Below are positions 40,527-50,889 of a stretch of 64,000 bases of DNA, piece by piece. Origin of the DNA: an archaeon (GTDB lineage Archaea; Nanobdellota; Nanobdellia; Woesearchaeales; GW2011-AR9); NCBI GenBank assembly GCA_018697095.1, contig JABHSG010000003.1, forward strand, positions 285,505 to 349,504, given 5' to 3'. A program made the position numbers and the translations under genes. How positions within the stretch are numbered: position 1 is the stretch's first letter; each line of letters begins with the position of its first letter. Below the pieces are notes generated by a model. The model did not search any database. It was not told the origin of the DNA and was given only the letters and a program-made list of their open reading frames with translations.

Positions 40527-40976
40527 GTGGCGATCAAAAAAAGATCAAGTAAAAGATCAACTTCCAAACGTAGTTCTGTAAAAAGAGCTCCGGCAAGACT
40601 TTCAGACGCAAGTTCATTTATTCAAAAAGAAAAAATGGAATTGCACAAAGTAGCACATTACTGTTTTTTAATAGGGCTTTTAATTGCACTAGTAGCAGGA
40701 CTTCCATGGTTTGCAAAAACTATTGATTCTCGTGCACTTATGACAACACTAGTTCTTCTAGGTTTCATTGTGGGTTTATTCAATCTAACAACTAAAGATA
40801 CAATGCCATTTTTAGTGGCATCAATTGCACTTATGCTGGCTGGAATTGTAAATCTTTCTTTAATTCCAGTAATTGGTGAAGCTTTGCGTTCAATGCTTAG
40901 TAATATTGTTGTCTTTGTGGTTCCTGGAGCAATCGTTCTGGCAGTGAAAACTGTATATACTCTTGCTTCTAAGTAA
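40527..40976 (+). CDS. membrane protein with Lys/Ser-rich N-terminus; GTG start
   Basis: GTG preceded by GAGGTGATAGG; three to four TM helices; the 3' end is duplicated downstream. Confidence 0.5.
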   Translation: MAIKKRSSKRSTSKRSSVKRAPARLSDASSFIQKEKMELHKVAHYCFLIGLLIALVAGLPWFAKTIDSRALMTTLVLLGFIVGLFNLTTKDTMPFLVASIALMLAGIVNLSLIPVIGEALRSMLSNIVVFVVPGAIVLAVKTVYTLASK

Positions 40977-41127
40977 GCAAACTTTTTTCTTTTATTCTTT
41001 TTCCTTTATTTTGCAAGACTAAACGAACGTAGTGAGTGCATGTCTGCTCAGATGTCAACCGGCTGTGGCAGTTGGCAGTGAAAACTGTATATACTCTTGC
41101 TTCTAAGTAAGCAAACTTTTTTCTTTC
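40941..41127. repeat. 53-bp perfect direct repeat (40941-40993 and 41075-41127) flanking an 81-bp spacer
   Basis: GGCAGTGAAAACTGTATATACTCTTGCTTCTAAGTAAGCAAACTTTTTTCTTT occurs twice; the first copy contains the stop codon of the 40527..40976 gene. Confidence 0.9.
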
Positions 41128-41182
41128 TTATTTTACAATGTAAACTTTGTTTACATGTACAAGTGAGCTTGCTCACTTTGTA
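41127..41182. repeat. bipartite palindromic element, copy B (TGTAAAC-TTT-GTTTACA plus CAAGTGAGC-TT-GCTCACTTG)
   Basis: 34-nt identical core TACAATGTAAACTTTGTTTACATGTACAAGTGAG shared with 20273..20330. Confidence 0.85.
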
Positions 41183-41323
41183 TCTAAATTTCTACTTTTT
41201 CAACATTAAAAATAAGCTCATTTTATTTCTTTTGTCCTCTAAAAATTCCTTTTTTCTCTACTCTTTAAGACTACACAATATTTATAAGGCAGTTAGTATG
41301 TAGTCATAATTGAGGTGGTACTT

Positions 41324-41449
41324 ATGCAGAAATTGCATTTGAACTGTGGGGCATGTAAATTTCAATTTACAAGTTTGTTTTTTTCAGGAGTTTCTGGAGC
41401 ATTCTGTCCACATTGTAGGTCAAAGGTAACAAACCTTGTGACTTCATAA
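41324..41449 (+). CDS. small zinc-ribbon protein (41 aa); not in ORF track
   Basis: GAGGTGG RBS then MQKLHLNCGACKFQFTSLFFSGVSGAFCPHCRSKVTNLVTS with CxxC-x18-CxxC. Confidence 0.3.
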   Translation: MQKLHLNCGACKFQFTSLFFSGVSGAFCPHCRSKVTNLVTS

Positions 41450-41485
41450 ACAACATTTAAATACACTTTAGTTCGCTTCAGTAAC

Positions 41486-42361
41486 ATGAAGCGCATTTTT
41501 TCTTTTTCAAAAATAAAACCAACTATTAATTTATTTCTAAAAGGTCTTCTGATGGGCGCAGCTGACATTGTGCCTGGAGTTTCTGGTGGGACTATTGCGT
41601 TTATCGTAGGAATCTATGAAAGGCTTCTAACAGCAATTTCAAATGTACTTCCAATCACAAAATCAATTTTCCAAACAAGAACTATTCAAAATACAAAAGC
41701 CCAAATAAAAAATCTTGATTGGCAATTTTTAATCCCTCTTGGGTCAGGTGTCGTGGTCTCTTTTCTCTCTCTCTCATCACTTATGACTCATCTACTAACA
41801 AATTACTCTGGTCAAACTTTTGCTTTTTTCACAGGACTTATTTTAGCTTCAGCCGGGATTCTAATCACTCATGCAAGAACTCACAAATTAAAACAATTTA
41901 TTCTAGTAATTCTTGGATTCATCGTAGCTTACCTAATTACTAGCCTAACAGCAACAGCACTCCCTTCTACTCTTCCAGTAGTTTTCATATCAGGAATAAT
42001 TGCGATTTGCGCTATGCTCTTACCTGGGATTTCAGGGTCATATCTTTTAGTTGTTCTAGGCCAATATCAATTCATCATTACTGCCATTCATGAAAAAAAC
42101 CTCAAAATCATCTCTACGTTTGGAGTTGGAGCAATCATCGGACTTTTAAGTATTGCAAAACTTCTAAATCATCTTTTTAAAAAGTTTCATGACAATATGA
42201 TTTACATTCTTACTGGTGTAATGCTTGGTGCCCTAAAAGCCCCCATTTTAAACATAACGCAAAGCAGCATTGCTCTTCCACAAACAATTTTATTCATCAT
42301 TTTAGGGATTATCCCTATCATTTCAATCAGTTTTCTTCGTCGCCAAAAGAGCAATTCTTAA
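41486..42361 (+). CDS. DUF368-family membrane protein (candidate polyprenyl-phosphate transporter, PopT-like)
   Basis: Two internal repeats carrying VPGVSGGTIAFIVG and LPGISGSYLLVVLG, characteristic of DUF368. Confidence 0.75.
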   Translation: MKRIFSFSKIKPTINLFLKGLLMGAADIVPGVSGGTIAFIVGIYERLLTAISNVLPITKSIFQTRTIQNTKAQIKNLDWQFLIPLGSGVVVSFLSLSSLMTHLLTNYSGQTFAFFTGLILASAGILITHARTHKLKQFILVILGFIVAYLITSLTATALPSTLPVVFISGIIAICAMLLPGISGSYLLVVLGQYQFIITAIHEKNLKIISTFGVGAIIGLLSIAKLLNHLFKKFHDNMIYILTGVMLGALKAPILNITQSSIALPQTILFIILGIIPIISISFLRRQKSNS

Positions 42362-42399
42362 AAAGAAAAAAATCTTCTATCAAAAAGAAGAGGGTAGGT

Positions 42400-45291
42400 G
42401 TGGGTTCTCACTTAAAAAAATCAATCAAATTAGTCATTTCTCTAGCTTTAGCAAAAAAATCTCCTTTTCATTTATTTATAAAAAAACCACGAAAATCAAG
42501 ATTCTCAAAAAACAAAATATTGTCTAGAAAAACCAAACCATCAAAAAATAAACCTAGTGGAAAAGTACCTCAAAAAATCCATTCTCTTTTCATTTTCATA
42601 GTACTCGTGATTTCAATAGTTTCTTTATTTTTATTCTCTAGTGGCCAATATGATTACTCTAATAATCTTTCAGGAGCAGCAGTAGGTGGCGGCACAGGAT
42701 ATATTGGCGTTATTGCATCAGTTCCCTCAATAAGTTCTGCAAACATTACTTCTTCTGATGTTTTTAGAAATGCTACAATTGATAACATTACTGCGCAAAT
42801 ATCTTCAGGTGCAAATAAAGATATTTTCAATTGGTATCTAAACTCTTCCTCAATAAATGTTCTGAACATGCCTTTTGAAAAAGTTAACTCTTCAATAACT
42901 TCAAATGCAAGAGATTATTCTCCTAATAGTTATGACGGTTCAATCTCGGGGGATCCTTTTTGGAATGCCACAGGTGGTTTTGATGGCAATGCCTCTTATG
43001 AGTTGGATGGGGATGCTGACTTTATCTCTTTTAGTAGCGCAGCAAATATATTCTCTTCAAGCCAAGGATCTTGGGTGTTTTGGTTTAAAACAAATGAAGA
43101 CACTGGGTCAAGTGGGCAAGCAATACTTGTTGCTTATACTTCTGGTTCAGTGTCTAACATTCAAAGGATTGAAATAAATGGGAGTAGTTTAAAATTTTTA
43201 AATAAAGCAAGCTCTGATAATTTCCGTGGACATATTGATATCTCAAATTTAATCGGGTCGTGGCATCATGTTGCCTTAACTGGCGGCCCAGGCGGAAATA
43301 ATGCTTATGTTGATGGTGTACAAGTAACTCCTGTTTATATCTCAGGATCATCATCAAGTGAACATTGGTTAGATGATTTAACTGAAAATACGTTTCAAAT
43401 TTCTGGCCACGACATTGGTGGCGGTCAAACAGCTTTATTCAATGGTTCAATTGATGAAGTTCAAATATTTAATGAAAAATTAACTGCTAATCAAGTAGCT
43501 GCAATGTACAACAACCAATCTAATCTAATCACAAGTAGCCAAACTGATGTAAATGATAATTGGTCTTATTGTGTTACTCCAAATAACGCTAATGTTGATG
43601 GAGCAACTGTTTGTTCTGATGGTTTAGTTGTTTTAGATCATATCCCTAGTATCTCATCTGTACTCGTTAATACTACGACTCCTACAACAAACTCTTCTTC
43701 AGCTAATATCACTTCTCATGTGACTGTTACTGATCCTACAAATGATCAATTAAAATTAATCTATGATTGGAAACTTAATGATTCTTCGATTGCTCATTTA
43801 ATTTTACCAATGGAAAAAATTAATGATTCGAACTCTAGTAACCTTAGGGATTATTCACAGTATAGTAATTCAGTGACAGAATATCAAGGTGTCCTTTGGA
43901 ACGCAACTGGCGGTTTTGATGGAAATGGAAGTTATGAGTTTGATGGAGTTAATGATTATCTTAATGTAACTGATTCTCAAAATCTTAACTTAACTTCGCC
44001 TATAACTATTTCATTTTGGATGGCAACTAGTGAAGATATTGATGTGACTTCTACTTGGGGAATGCAAATGGTTGGCCGAGGTGAATATGGTGACCCCAGA
44101 AACTCCATGGACGTTAGAATCAGAGCAACTGGTGATGTGGTCGCTTTTAATTATGAGCACGGTTCTGGAACAAACGAAAATTATGCTCTTGGTACAATAG
44201 ATATTGCTGATGGTACTTGGCACCATATCGCTGCTACTTGGACCGGTACAAGATGCCTAGCTTACGTTGATGGTTCTGTGGATTCTAATGTCTCTTGTAC
44301 AAATACTCCTGGTCCTTTTGATGAAGGTTTTTCTATTGGTAAATCATTTGCTTCAGATCAAGATAATTTTAGTGGGTCAATTGATGAAGTAATGATTTTC
44401 AATCAATCTTTGTCAAGCGGGCAAATAAATTCTATCTTTCTAAATAAAACAGATCTAGTTGTCAATTCACAAACTAGTGGCGCAGATAATTGGTCTGTTT
44501 GTGTAACTGCTAATGATGATGATGTTGATAGTGCAACTGTTTGTTCAAGTAACTTAGAAGTTAACGACCCTCCTTCAAGTCCTGTTCTTGTGACTGCTGC
44601 AAATGCTTCAACACAAACAAATAGGAGTATAAAGTTCATTTGGAATAATTCTTTAGATGCTAATCTTGATGATGTAACAACTTATTTTTTACAATTTTCA
44701 AACGATTCTACTTTTTCAGAACTTATTGAAGACCAAAGTAGTTTGCCTGAAGATAATCTTAATGATAGTAACTTCACTCATTTTCCTGATTTGAATGTTG
44801 ATACAACTTTTTATTGGAGGGTAAAAGCAAGTGATGGGAAAGAAAACAGTTCTTGGGCAGAGTACTATAACTTCCAAGTTCTTTCAAGTAACGTGATTAG
44901 TTTACCTGTTAGTTCAGTGAATTTTAGTACAGTTAACGATACTGAAGATAAAAATACTACAATGCCTCAGTATGATCCAATGATGGTTTCAAATGATGGA
45001 AACATTCCTTTGAATATTTCAATTAATGCAACTGCTATGTTTGATTCCGCGGGAAGTTTATGGCAGTATTTAATTGGGGCTAATGAAACAAACTCTTTTC
45101 TAACTGCAGAAAATAGTACTTGGACAAATTTAACTTCAATTCAAAGTCTTGCAATTACTTATTTTTGGCATGAAAATAATTCTAATAATGCAAACCGAGC
45201 GAATTTGAATCTATTGGTGCGCTCAGCTTCAGATGAATCTGGTGGAGAAAAATCTTCTACTATATATATCAGTTCGGAGGCTAGTGAGTAA
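42400..45291 (+). CDS. large cell-surface protein: N-terminal TM/signal anchor, two LamG/ConA-like lectin domains, FN3-like domain, many N-glycosylation sequons
   Basis: Two ~230-aa repeats with NATGGFDGN(A/G)SYE(L/F)DG...W(V/I)(F/S)FW...W(H)H(V/I)A(L/A)T...YVDG...GSIDEV(Q/M)IFN, matching the LamG_3 pattern; WRVKASDG FN3-like segment; abundant NxS/T. Confidence 0.7.
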   Translation: MGSHLKKSIKLVISLALAKKSPFHLFIKKPRKSRFSKNKILSRKTKPSKNKPSGKVPQKIHSLFIFIVLVISIVSLFLFSSGQYDYSNNLSGAAVGGGTGYIGVIASVPSISSANITSSDVFRNATIDNITAQISSGANKDIFNWYLNSSSINVLNMPFEKVNSSITSNARDYSPNSYDGSISGDPFWNATGGFDGNASYELDGDADFISFSSAANIFSSSQGSWVFWFKTNEDTGSSGQAILVAYTSGSVSNIQRIEINGSSLKFLNKASSDNFRGHIDISNLIGSWHHVALTGGPGGNNAYVDGVQVTPVYISGSSSSEHWLDDLTENTFQISGHDIGGGQTALFNGSIDEVQIFNEKLTANQVAAMYNNQSNLITSSQTDVNDNWSYCVTPNNANVDGATVCSDGLVVLDHIPSISSVLVNTTTPTTNSSSANITSHVTVTDPTNDQLKLIYDWKLNDSSIAHLILPMEKINDSNSSNLRDYSQYSNSVTEYQGVLWNATGGFDGNGSYEFDGVNDYLNVTDSQNLNLTSPITISFWMATSEDIDVTSTWGMQMVGRGEYGDPRNSMDVRIRATGDVVAFNYEHGSGTNENYALGTIDIADGTWHHIAATWTGTRCLAYVDGSVDSNVSCTNTPGPFDEGFSIGKSFASDQDNFSGSIDEVMIFNQSLSSGQINSIFLNKTDLVVNSQTSGADNWSVCVTANDDDVDSATVCSSNLEVNDPPSSPVLVTAANASTQTNRSIKFIWNNSLDANLDDVTTYFLQFSNDSTFSELIEDQSSLPEDNLNDSNFTHFPDLNVDTTFYWRVKASDGKENSSWAEYYNFQVLSSNVISLPVSSVNFSTVNDTEDKNTTMPQYDPMMVSNDGNIPLNISINATAMFDSAGSLWQYLIGANETNSFLTAENSTWTNLTSIQSLAITYFWHENNSNNANRANLNLLVRSASDESGGEKSSTIYISSEASE

Positions 45292-45292
45292 A

Positions 45293-45961
45293 ATGGTCAT
45301 AAAAAAACATTCCAGCAATCTCCTCATTATTTTCTTTCTAGTTTTATTTGCAATTCTGATCTCTTCATCTGTTTTCGCTATAGGTATTGCTCCAGCAAAG
45401 ACAATTGTTCCAGCTGAAATTGGAACACATACATATTCTGGATTAATTATTAACAATGAAGGTTTAGATACGATTGCAAAAATAGAATTAGTTGATTCTT
45501 ATGGGATGTTATCTCTTGACTTAAATGAAATCCAACTAAGTCCCACTATAAGTGAGTATCCTTTTACTTATCAAATTGAAGTAACTGAATCAAATATTTT
45601 GTATCTAGGTAAACTTGGTTATTTGAGTGTTTATTCAATTCAAGAAGTCGGGTCCCAGGTATCTGCTCAACTAACTGTCAAATCTTCAATCTACCTTGGG
45701 TCAGAGTCTGATGCAAGTCCAAATCTTTATGTTGAAACAAAAAATGAAGAAAAATCAAAAATAAATCCTCTTGATTATGTTTCTTTTGATGGGACGTACA
45801 CTCCACCTGAACTTGTCCAAAAAACAAAAAATGCATTTAGTGCTTCTACGTATTATCTAAAAAATAATCCTCGGGCACTTTTTGGGATACTCATATCTGT
45901 TATTCTTATAATCACAGCAACCTATGTCTTCTTGCCTTTATTCAAAAAAGACAACTTTTAA
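45293..45961 (+). CDS. surface protein with signal peptide and C-terminal TM anchor
   Basis: ATG at 45293 preceded by GGAGG; signal MVIKKHSSNLLIIFFLVLFAILISSSVFAIG; C-terminal TM ALFGILISVILIITATYVFLPLF + KKDNF. Confidence 0.5.
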   Translation: MVIKKHSSNLLIIFFLVLFAILISSSVFAIGIAPAKTIVPAEIGTHTYSGLIINNEGLDTIAKIELVDSYGMLSLDLNEIQLSPTISEYPFTYQIEVTESNILYLGKLGYLSVYSIQEVGSQVSAQLTVKSSIYLGSESDASPNLYVETKNEEKSKINPLDYVSFDGTYTPPELVQKTKNAFSASTYYLKNNPRALFGILISVILIITATYVFLPLFKKDNF

Positions 45962-46045
45962 TTTCAAATATCTTCAGAAACAAATAACTCGAAAATCAAT
46001 TCAAAAATTTACTCTTCTAACTAATAATTTCAGAAATAACTCTTC

Positions 46046-46438
46046 TTACATATGCAAATCAACTTCTTTTGCCATCTCAGATAAATGGTCCATTGTCGCT
46101 TCAATATCTCGTTTGATGTACTCTACAACTCCTTCAAGTGTTGTTGCACGTAAAATATAACCACCTTGTTCTCGAAGTACTATCCCTGAGTCCATAAGTG
46201 AATTCAAATGATGTACAACTGTTCCACGACTAAGTCCAAGTAGCAAAGCAATATCATCAGATGAAACTACTTCTCCACGTTTAGCGCGTTTAAGTAAAAC
46301 AATGAAGATTCTAAAACAGCTTTTGTTTTTGTCGCGCAGTGAAAATAACCCTAGGCTATTTCCAATCCATTGCAGCATGTCATTCACATTAGCGCTGTTG
46401 TCACGGCGCACTCGAATGATTGTAATTCTTGAACTCAT
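46046..46438 (-). CDS. winged-helix transcriptional regulator (ArsR/MarR-like), divergent from grpE
   Basis: HTH segment DIALLLGLSRGTVVHHLNSLMDSGIV; start set at MSSRIT. Confidence 0.55.
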   Translation of the reverse strand: MSSRITIIRVRRDNSANVNDMLQWIGNSLGLFSLRDKNKSCFRIFIVLLKRAKRGEVVSSDDIALLLGLSRGTVVHHLNSLMDSGIVLREQGGYILRATTLEGVVEYIKRDIEATMDHLSEMAKEVDLHM

Positions 46439-46513
46439 CTTATTAACAAAACACTTAAACATTATAAATGTGAGTAAAAAAAAGCTTAAAATACCAAAAC
46501 CTTTATATATCAA

Positions 46514-47143
46514 TTGCCTAAAAACAACATTGTCGATTTAAAGCCAACGAACAGAGGTAACTATATGTCAGAAAAAACAGACAAAAAATCAGAAAAATCA
46601 AACTCGGAAGAATGTAAGGGTCATTGCCATGATTCAGATGAATCATGTAAAAATGAATCAAAAAAGCAAGAATCCACTAAAGCAGCTGAACCTAAAAAAG
46701 TCAGTAAAATGGATAAGTCTGAACTTCTTGATCTATTACAACACACTCAAGCGAATTTTGAAAACTTCAAAAAACAAAACGATGAACACTTCAAAAGTGC
46801 AATTAAATTTGCAAACAAGCGTTTACTAACAGAACTCTTGCCAACTCTTGATAGTTTTGAAATGGCTCTACGTGGTTCAGATAACGCAACTGGAGAACTC
46901 AAAAACTTTTTAGTTGGTATGAAAATGGTTCTAGATCAATTTGTAAAAACTTTAGCTAGTAATAAAGTGCACAAAATCGCGCAGCTAAAAACTTTCGATC
47001 CAAAACTTCATGAAGCAATGGAAAAACTAGTATCAGAAAAACCTGAAGATACTATCTTAGAAGTTGTACAATCAGGTTACATGATTGGAGATAAGGTAAT
47101 TAGAGCGGCAAGAGTAAAAGTTAGCTCAGGGAATAAAGAATAA
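46514..47143 (+). CDS. grpE: nucleotide exchange factor GrpE (alternative start at 46565)
   Basis: Coiled-coil then the GrpE core (FENFKKQNDEH...LLPTLDSFEMAL...YMIGDKVIRAARVKV); precedes dnaK. Confidence 0.85.
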   Translation: MPKNNIVDLKPTNRGNYMSEKTDKKSEKSNSEECKGHCHDSDESCKNESKKQESTKAAEPKKVSKMDKSELLDLLQHTQANFENFKKQNDEHFKSAIKFANKRLLTELLPTLDSFEMALRGSDNATGELKNFLVGMKMVLDQFVKTLASNKVHKIAQLKTFDPKLHEAMEKLVSEKPEDTILEVVQSGYMIGDKVIRAARVKVSSGNKE

Positions 47144-47212
47144 AATTAATAATAATTTATCAAAAAAACATAAGGAAATAATAATAAGAAATTAAAACTA
47201 TATGGAGAATAT

Positions 47213-49132
47213 ATGACTATGGCAGAAGAAAAACAAGCAGCAAAAGAAACTGAAACAAAAACTGAAAATAATAAAGAATCAAGCAAAGTATCAGGGGCAA
47301 CAATTGGAATAGATTTAGGAACAACTTTTTCCGCAATCGCAGTTCTTGAAGCAGGGAAACCAAAAATTATGACTAACGCTGAAGGAGCTAGAACAACTCC
47401 TAGTGTAATTCACTTAAAAGACGGTGATGTAACTGTTGGACAAATTGCAAGAAACCAAGCAATCACTGATCCACTTCACACAATTAGGTCCATTAAAAGA
47501 AAAATGGGTACTTCTGAACGTGTAACTATCGATGGAAAAGAATATTCTCCAGAACAGCTCTCAGCAATGACTCTTCAAAAATTAAAAAGAGACGCTGAGG
47601 CTTACTTAGGTCAACCAGTTAAAAACGCAGTAATTACTGTTCCTGCATATTTTAACGACGCAGAAAGGCAAGCAACTAAAAATGCAGGAAAAATCGCTGG
47701 ACTTAATGTTCTAAGAATTATTAATGAGCCTACAGCAGCAGCACTTGCTTACGGTCTTGATAAAAAAGAAACAGAACAAACCATTTTAGTATTTGACTTT
47801 GGTGGTGGAACTTTTGACGTATCTATTCTTGAACTTGGAGATGGTATCTTCGAAGTAAAATCAACTGCTGGGGATAACATGCTTGGTGGAGATGATGTTG
47901 ATGATTTAATTATTAATTTCATTGCGGACTCTTTCAAAGCTGCTAATGGAATTGACTTAAGAAAAGATCCAACTGCACTTCAGCGTCTTAAAGAAGCAAG
48001 TGAAAAAGCAAAAATTGAACTTTCCACAAAGATGAAAGTAGAAATTTCAATTCCTTTTATCACTGCAGATCAGAACGGACCAAAGCACGTGAAAGAAGAA
48101 ATTACTCGTGCTAAGTTTGAAGAGATGCTAGCACCTATAATTAAAAAACTTGAAGGTCCTGTAAAACAAGCAATTAAAGATGCTAATGTTTCAATTAGCG
48201 ACATAAACAAAGTTATTTTCGTTGGTGGTTCCACTAGGATTCCTTCAGTGCAAGAACTTGTGAAAAAAATTACTGGTAAAGAAGGAGACAAATCAGTTAA
48301 CCCTGATGAAGCAGTTGCTGTAGGAGCTGCAATTCAAGCAGGAGTTATTGCTGGAGATGTTAAAGACGTACTACTTCTTGACGTGACTCCTCTTTCTTTA
48401 GGAATTGAAACTCTTGGTGGAGTTTTCACAAAACTAATTGAAAGAAACACAACTATTCCAACTAAGAAGTCTCAGATCTTTAGTACAGCAGCTGACAATC
48501 AGCCTGCAGTAACAATTCGTGTAGCACAAGGTGAACGTTCCATGTTTAACGATAACAAAGTTTTAGGACAATTCGATTTGACTGGAATCCCTCCAGCACC
48601 ACGTGGTGTACCTCAAATTGAAGTAGCTTTTGACTTAGATGCTAACGGAATTATTCAGGTTTCGGCAAAAGATATCGCGACCAGTAAAGAACAATCTATC
48701 AAAATCACTGGGTCAAGTAACCTAAGTGATGAAGAAGTTCAAAAAATGCGTGATGAAGCTGCAGAAAATGAAGAATCTGATAAGCTTAAAAAAGATTTAA
48801 TTGAAGCACAAAATACTGCTGAGTCAACAATTTATCAAACTAACAAACTTATTGATGAAAACAAAGATAAAATTGACAAAAAAGTAAAAGCTGATATTGA
48901 AGAAAAAGTAAAAGCTCTTGAAGCAGTAAAAGGCAGCGAGGATGCAGATACAATTAATGCAGCTCTTGAAGACTTGAACAAATTGGTTCAGGAATTTTCA
49001 ACTAAGATGTATCAAGATGCAGCAGCAGCGCAAGGTGCAGCACCAGGCGCAGATGCAAAAGCAGCAAGTAGCGACTCATCTAATAAAGATGAAAAAGTTG
49101 TAGATGCTGAGTTTGAAGAGAAAAAAGAATAA
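47213..49132 (+). CDS. dnaK: molecular chaperone DnaK (Hsp70)
   Basis: [22 protein letters not shown] and other Hsp70 signatures; 639 aa. Confidence 0.97.
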   Translation: MTMAEEKQAAKETETKTENNKESSKVSGATIGIDLGTTFSAIAVLEAGKPKIMTNAEGARTTPSVIHLKDGDVTVGQIARNQAITDPLHTIRSIKRKMGTSERVTIDGKEYSPEQLSAMTLQKLKRDAEAYLGQPVKNAVITVPAYFNDAERQATKNAGKIAGLNVLRIINEPTAAALAYGLDKKETEQTILVFDFGGGTFDVSILELGDGIFEVKSTAGDNMLGGDDVDDLIINFIADSFKAANGIDLRKDPTALQRLKEASEKAKIELSTKMKVEISIPFITADQNGPKHVKEEITRAKFEEMLAPIIKKLEGPVKQAIKDANVSISDINKVIFVGGSTRIPSVQELVKKITGKEGDKSVNPDEAVAVGAAIQAGVIAGDVKDVLLLDVTPLSLGIETLGGVFTKLIERNTTIPTKKSQIFSTAADNQPAVTIRVAQGERSMFNDNKVLGQFDLTGIPPAPRGVPQIEVAFDLDANGIIQVSAKDIATSKEQSIKITGSSNLSDEEVQKMRDEAAENEESDKLKKDLIEAQNTAESTIYQTNKLIDENKDKIDKKVKADIEEKVKALEAVKGSEDADTINAALEDLNKLVQEFSTKMYQDAAAAQGAAPGADAKAASSDSSNKDEKVVDAEFEEKKE

Positions 49133-49216
49133 GTTTTTTCATCAATATTATTTTTTTTTATTTTTTACTATATTTTATAACTAATATTAACTAAAATTTA
49201 TATTCGAAAACTGGCC

Positions 49217-50338
49217 ATGGCACAAAACAAAGACTATTACAATCTTTTAGGCGTTGACAAAAGCGCAACTAAAAAAGAGATAAAAAAAGCTTACAAAAAG
49301 CTTGCTATGAAGTATCACCCAGATCGTGCTCCTGAAGAAAAAAAAGTAGAGTACGAAGAAAAGTTCAAAGAAATTAGTGAGGCAGCATCTGTACTGGGTG
49401 ACGACACAAAACGTTCTAAATATGATCAGTTTGGTAGTTCAGCCTTTAGTGGTGGCGGCGCTGGTGGTTCTGGTTTTCAAGGTTTTGATTTTTCTGACAT
49501 CATGTCTCAGTTTCGTTTTGGTGGTGGTGGCGGTGATGATATTTTTGATTCTTTATTTGGTGGCAGAGGTCAACGTGGGCGCCGAGTTTACCAAGGTTCA
49601 GATCTTCTTTACGAAATGACTATAACTCTTGAAGAAGCAGCTACTGGTACAACTAAAACAATTCAAATCAATAAATTAGATCATTGTGGTGAATGTAAAG
49701 GAAAAGGTGGAACTAATATCTCTTCTTGTTCTACTTGTAATGGTTCAGGCCAAACAAGTACTGTGCAACGAACACCTTTTGGTGCATTCAGGCAACAACG
49801 TCCATGTCATGCATGTGGTGGGGAAGGAGAAGTTCCAGAAAATGTTTGCGGACCATGCGGTGGCGAGGGACTTCAAAGAAAGAAAAAGAAACTTGACGTG
49901 AAAGTTCCAAAAGGAATAGAATCAAATATGCGTTTAAGATTAACAAGAGAAGGGGAAGCAGGTAAAAATGGCGGACCTTACGGGAATCTGTTTGTCCAAA
50001 TATCTATCTCTGCTCATAAATACTTTGAAAGACGGTCTGACAATTTACATATCACAGTTCCAATTAGTTTTCATCAAGCAGTTTTAGGAGACGAAATTGA
50101 AGTGCATACAATTACTGGAAAAGCAATTTTAAAAATTCCAAAAGGCACAGATTCAGAGACTATTTTTAGAATGAAAGGTAAAGGTATGCCTCACTTACGT
50201 TCAACTACTATTGGTGATCAGATGGTTAAAGTCCACATTGAAGTTCCTAAGAAAGTTTCTAAAAAACAAAAAGAAGCGCTTGATAAGTTCAAAGACAACC
50301 CAAGTAAAGGTTTCTTCGCAGATTTGTTCAGCAAGTAA
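49217..50338 (+). CDS. dnaJ: molecular chaperone DnaJ
   Basis: J domain with HPD (YHPDR), G/F-rich region and four CxxCxGxG repeats. Confidence 0.95.
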   Translation: MAQNKDYYNLLGVDKSATKKEIKKAYKKLAMKYHPDRAPEEKKVEYEEKFKEISEAASVLGDDTKRSKYDQFGSSAFSGGGAGGSGFQGFDFSDIMSQFRFGGGGGDDIFDSLFGGRGQRGRRVYQGSDLLYEMTITLEEAATGTTKTIQINKLDHCGECKGKGGTNISSCSTCNGSGQTSTVQRTPFGAFRQQRPCHACGGEGEVPENVCGPCGGEGLQRKKKKLDVKVPKGIESNMRLRLTREGEAGKNGGPYGNLFVQISISAHKYFERRSDNLHITVPISFHQAVLGDEIEVHTITGKAILKIPKGTDSETIFRMKGKGMPHLRSTTIGDQMVKVHIEVPKKVSKKQKEALDKFKDNPSKGFFADLFSK

Positions 50339-50373
50339 ACGCTGTATTATTATCTTTTATTAGAATTATTTCT

Positions 50374-50889
50374 CTAAAACCAGTCTCTCACATAACCATG
50401 CATTTCTTCGTGTACTATCCATAGAATCAAAAGTATCGCGTCAATACTAGCAGCGTGATCCTGGACTCCCCATTGTGGACAGAAATTTGTTGCAATTTGT
50501 AGTGGCCATAAAAAAGATTTGTATCCACCATACAAACAATCCAAAAATAAATGCATCGTCCATCCAAATGCAATCACAAAAAAGATACTGCTCCATTTAC
50601 GCCGATCTGCTTTATGTTTAAACACATAGTCAGACGAAAAAATAATTCCAATTAATCCAAATAATAATACAAATGTAAGTGAATGTGAAAATACTCCATG
50701 CAAATCAACATGTCCAGAAGAAAAAAACGAAACAATCCAGGAGATTACAATGTCAAAATCAGGTGCTAAGCCAGCTACTCCACCAACTACAATCAAATAG
50801 CGAGGAAAATGCTTCTTTCCAAAAACGTAGTGCCGAAGTAAATCTAAAACAACAATTGTGATTAGAACATGTGTTACTGCAAGCGCCAT
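50374..50889 (-). CDS. possible membrane-bound metal-dependent hydrolase (DUF457/YdjM-like)
   Basis: 171-aa polytopic membrane protein with conserved His/Asp (HVLITIV...GHVDLHG...HSL...H); moderate. Confidence 0.45.
   Translation of the reverse strand: MALAVTHVLITIVVLDLLRHYVFGKKHFPRYLIVVGGVAGLAPDFDIVISWIVSFFSSGHVDLHGVFSHSLTFVLLFGLIGIIFSSDYVFKHKADRRKWSSIFFVIAFGWTMHLFLDCLYGGYKSFLWPLQIATNFCPQWGVQDHAASIDAILLILWIVHEEMHGYVRDWF

Noticed and set aside
41097-41303. 68-aa ORF
   Set aside because: Covers the second copy of the 53-bp direct repeat and the palindromic element. It is low-complexity Leu/Phe/Lys-rich and typical of AT-rich non-coding sequence.
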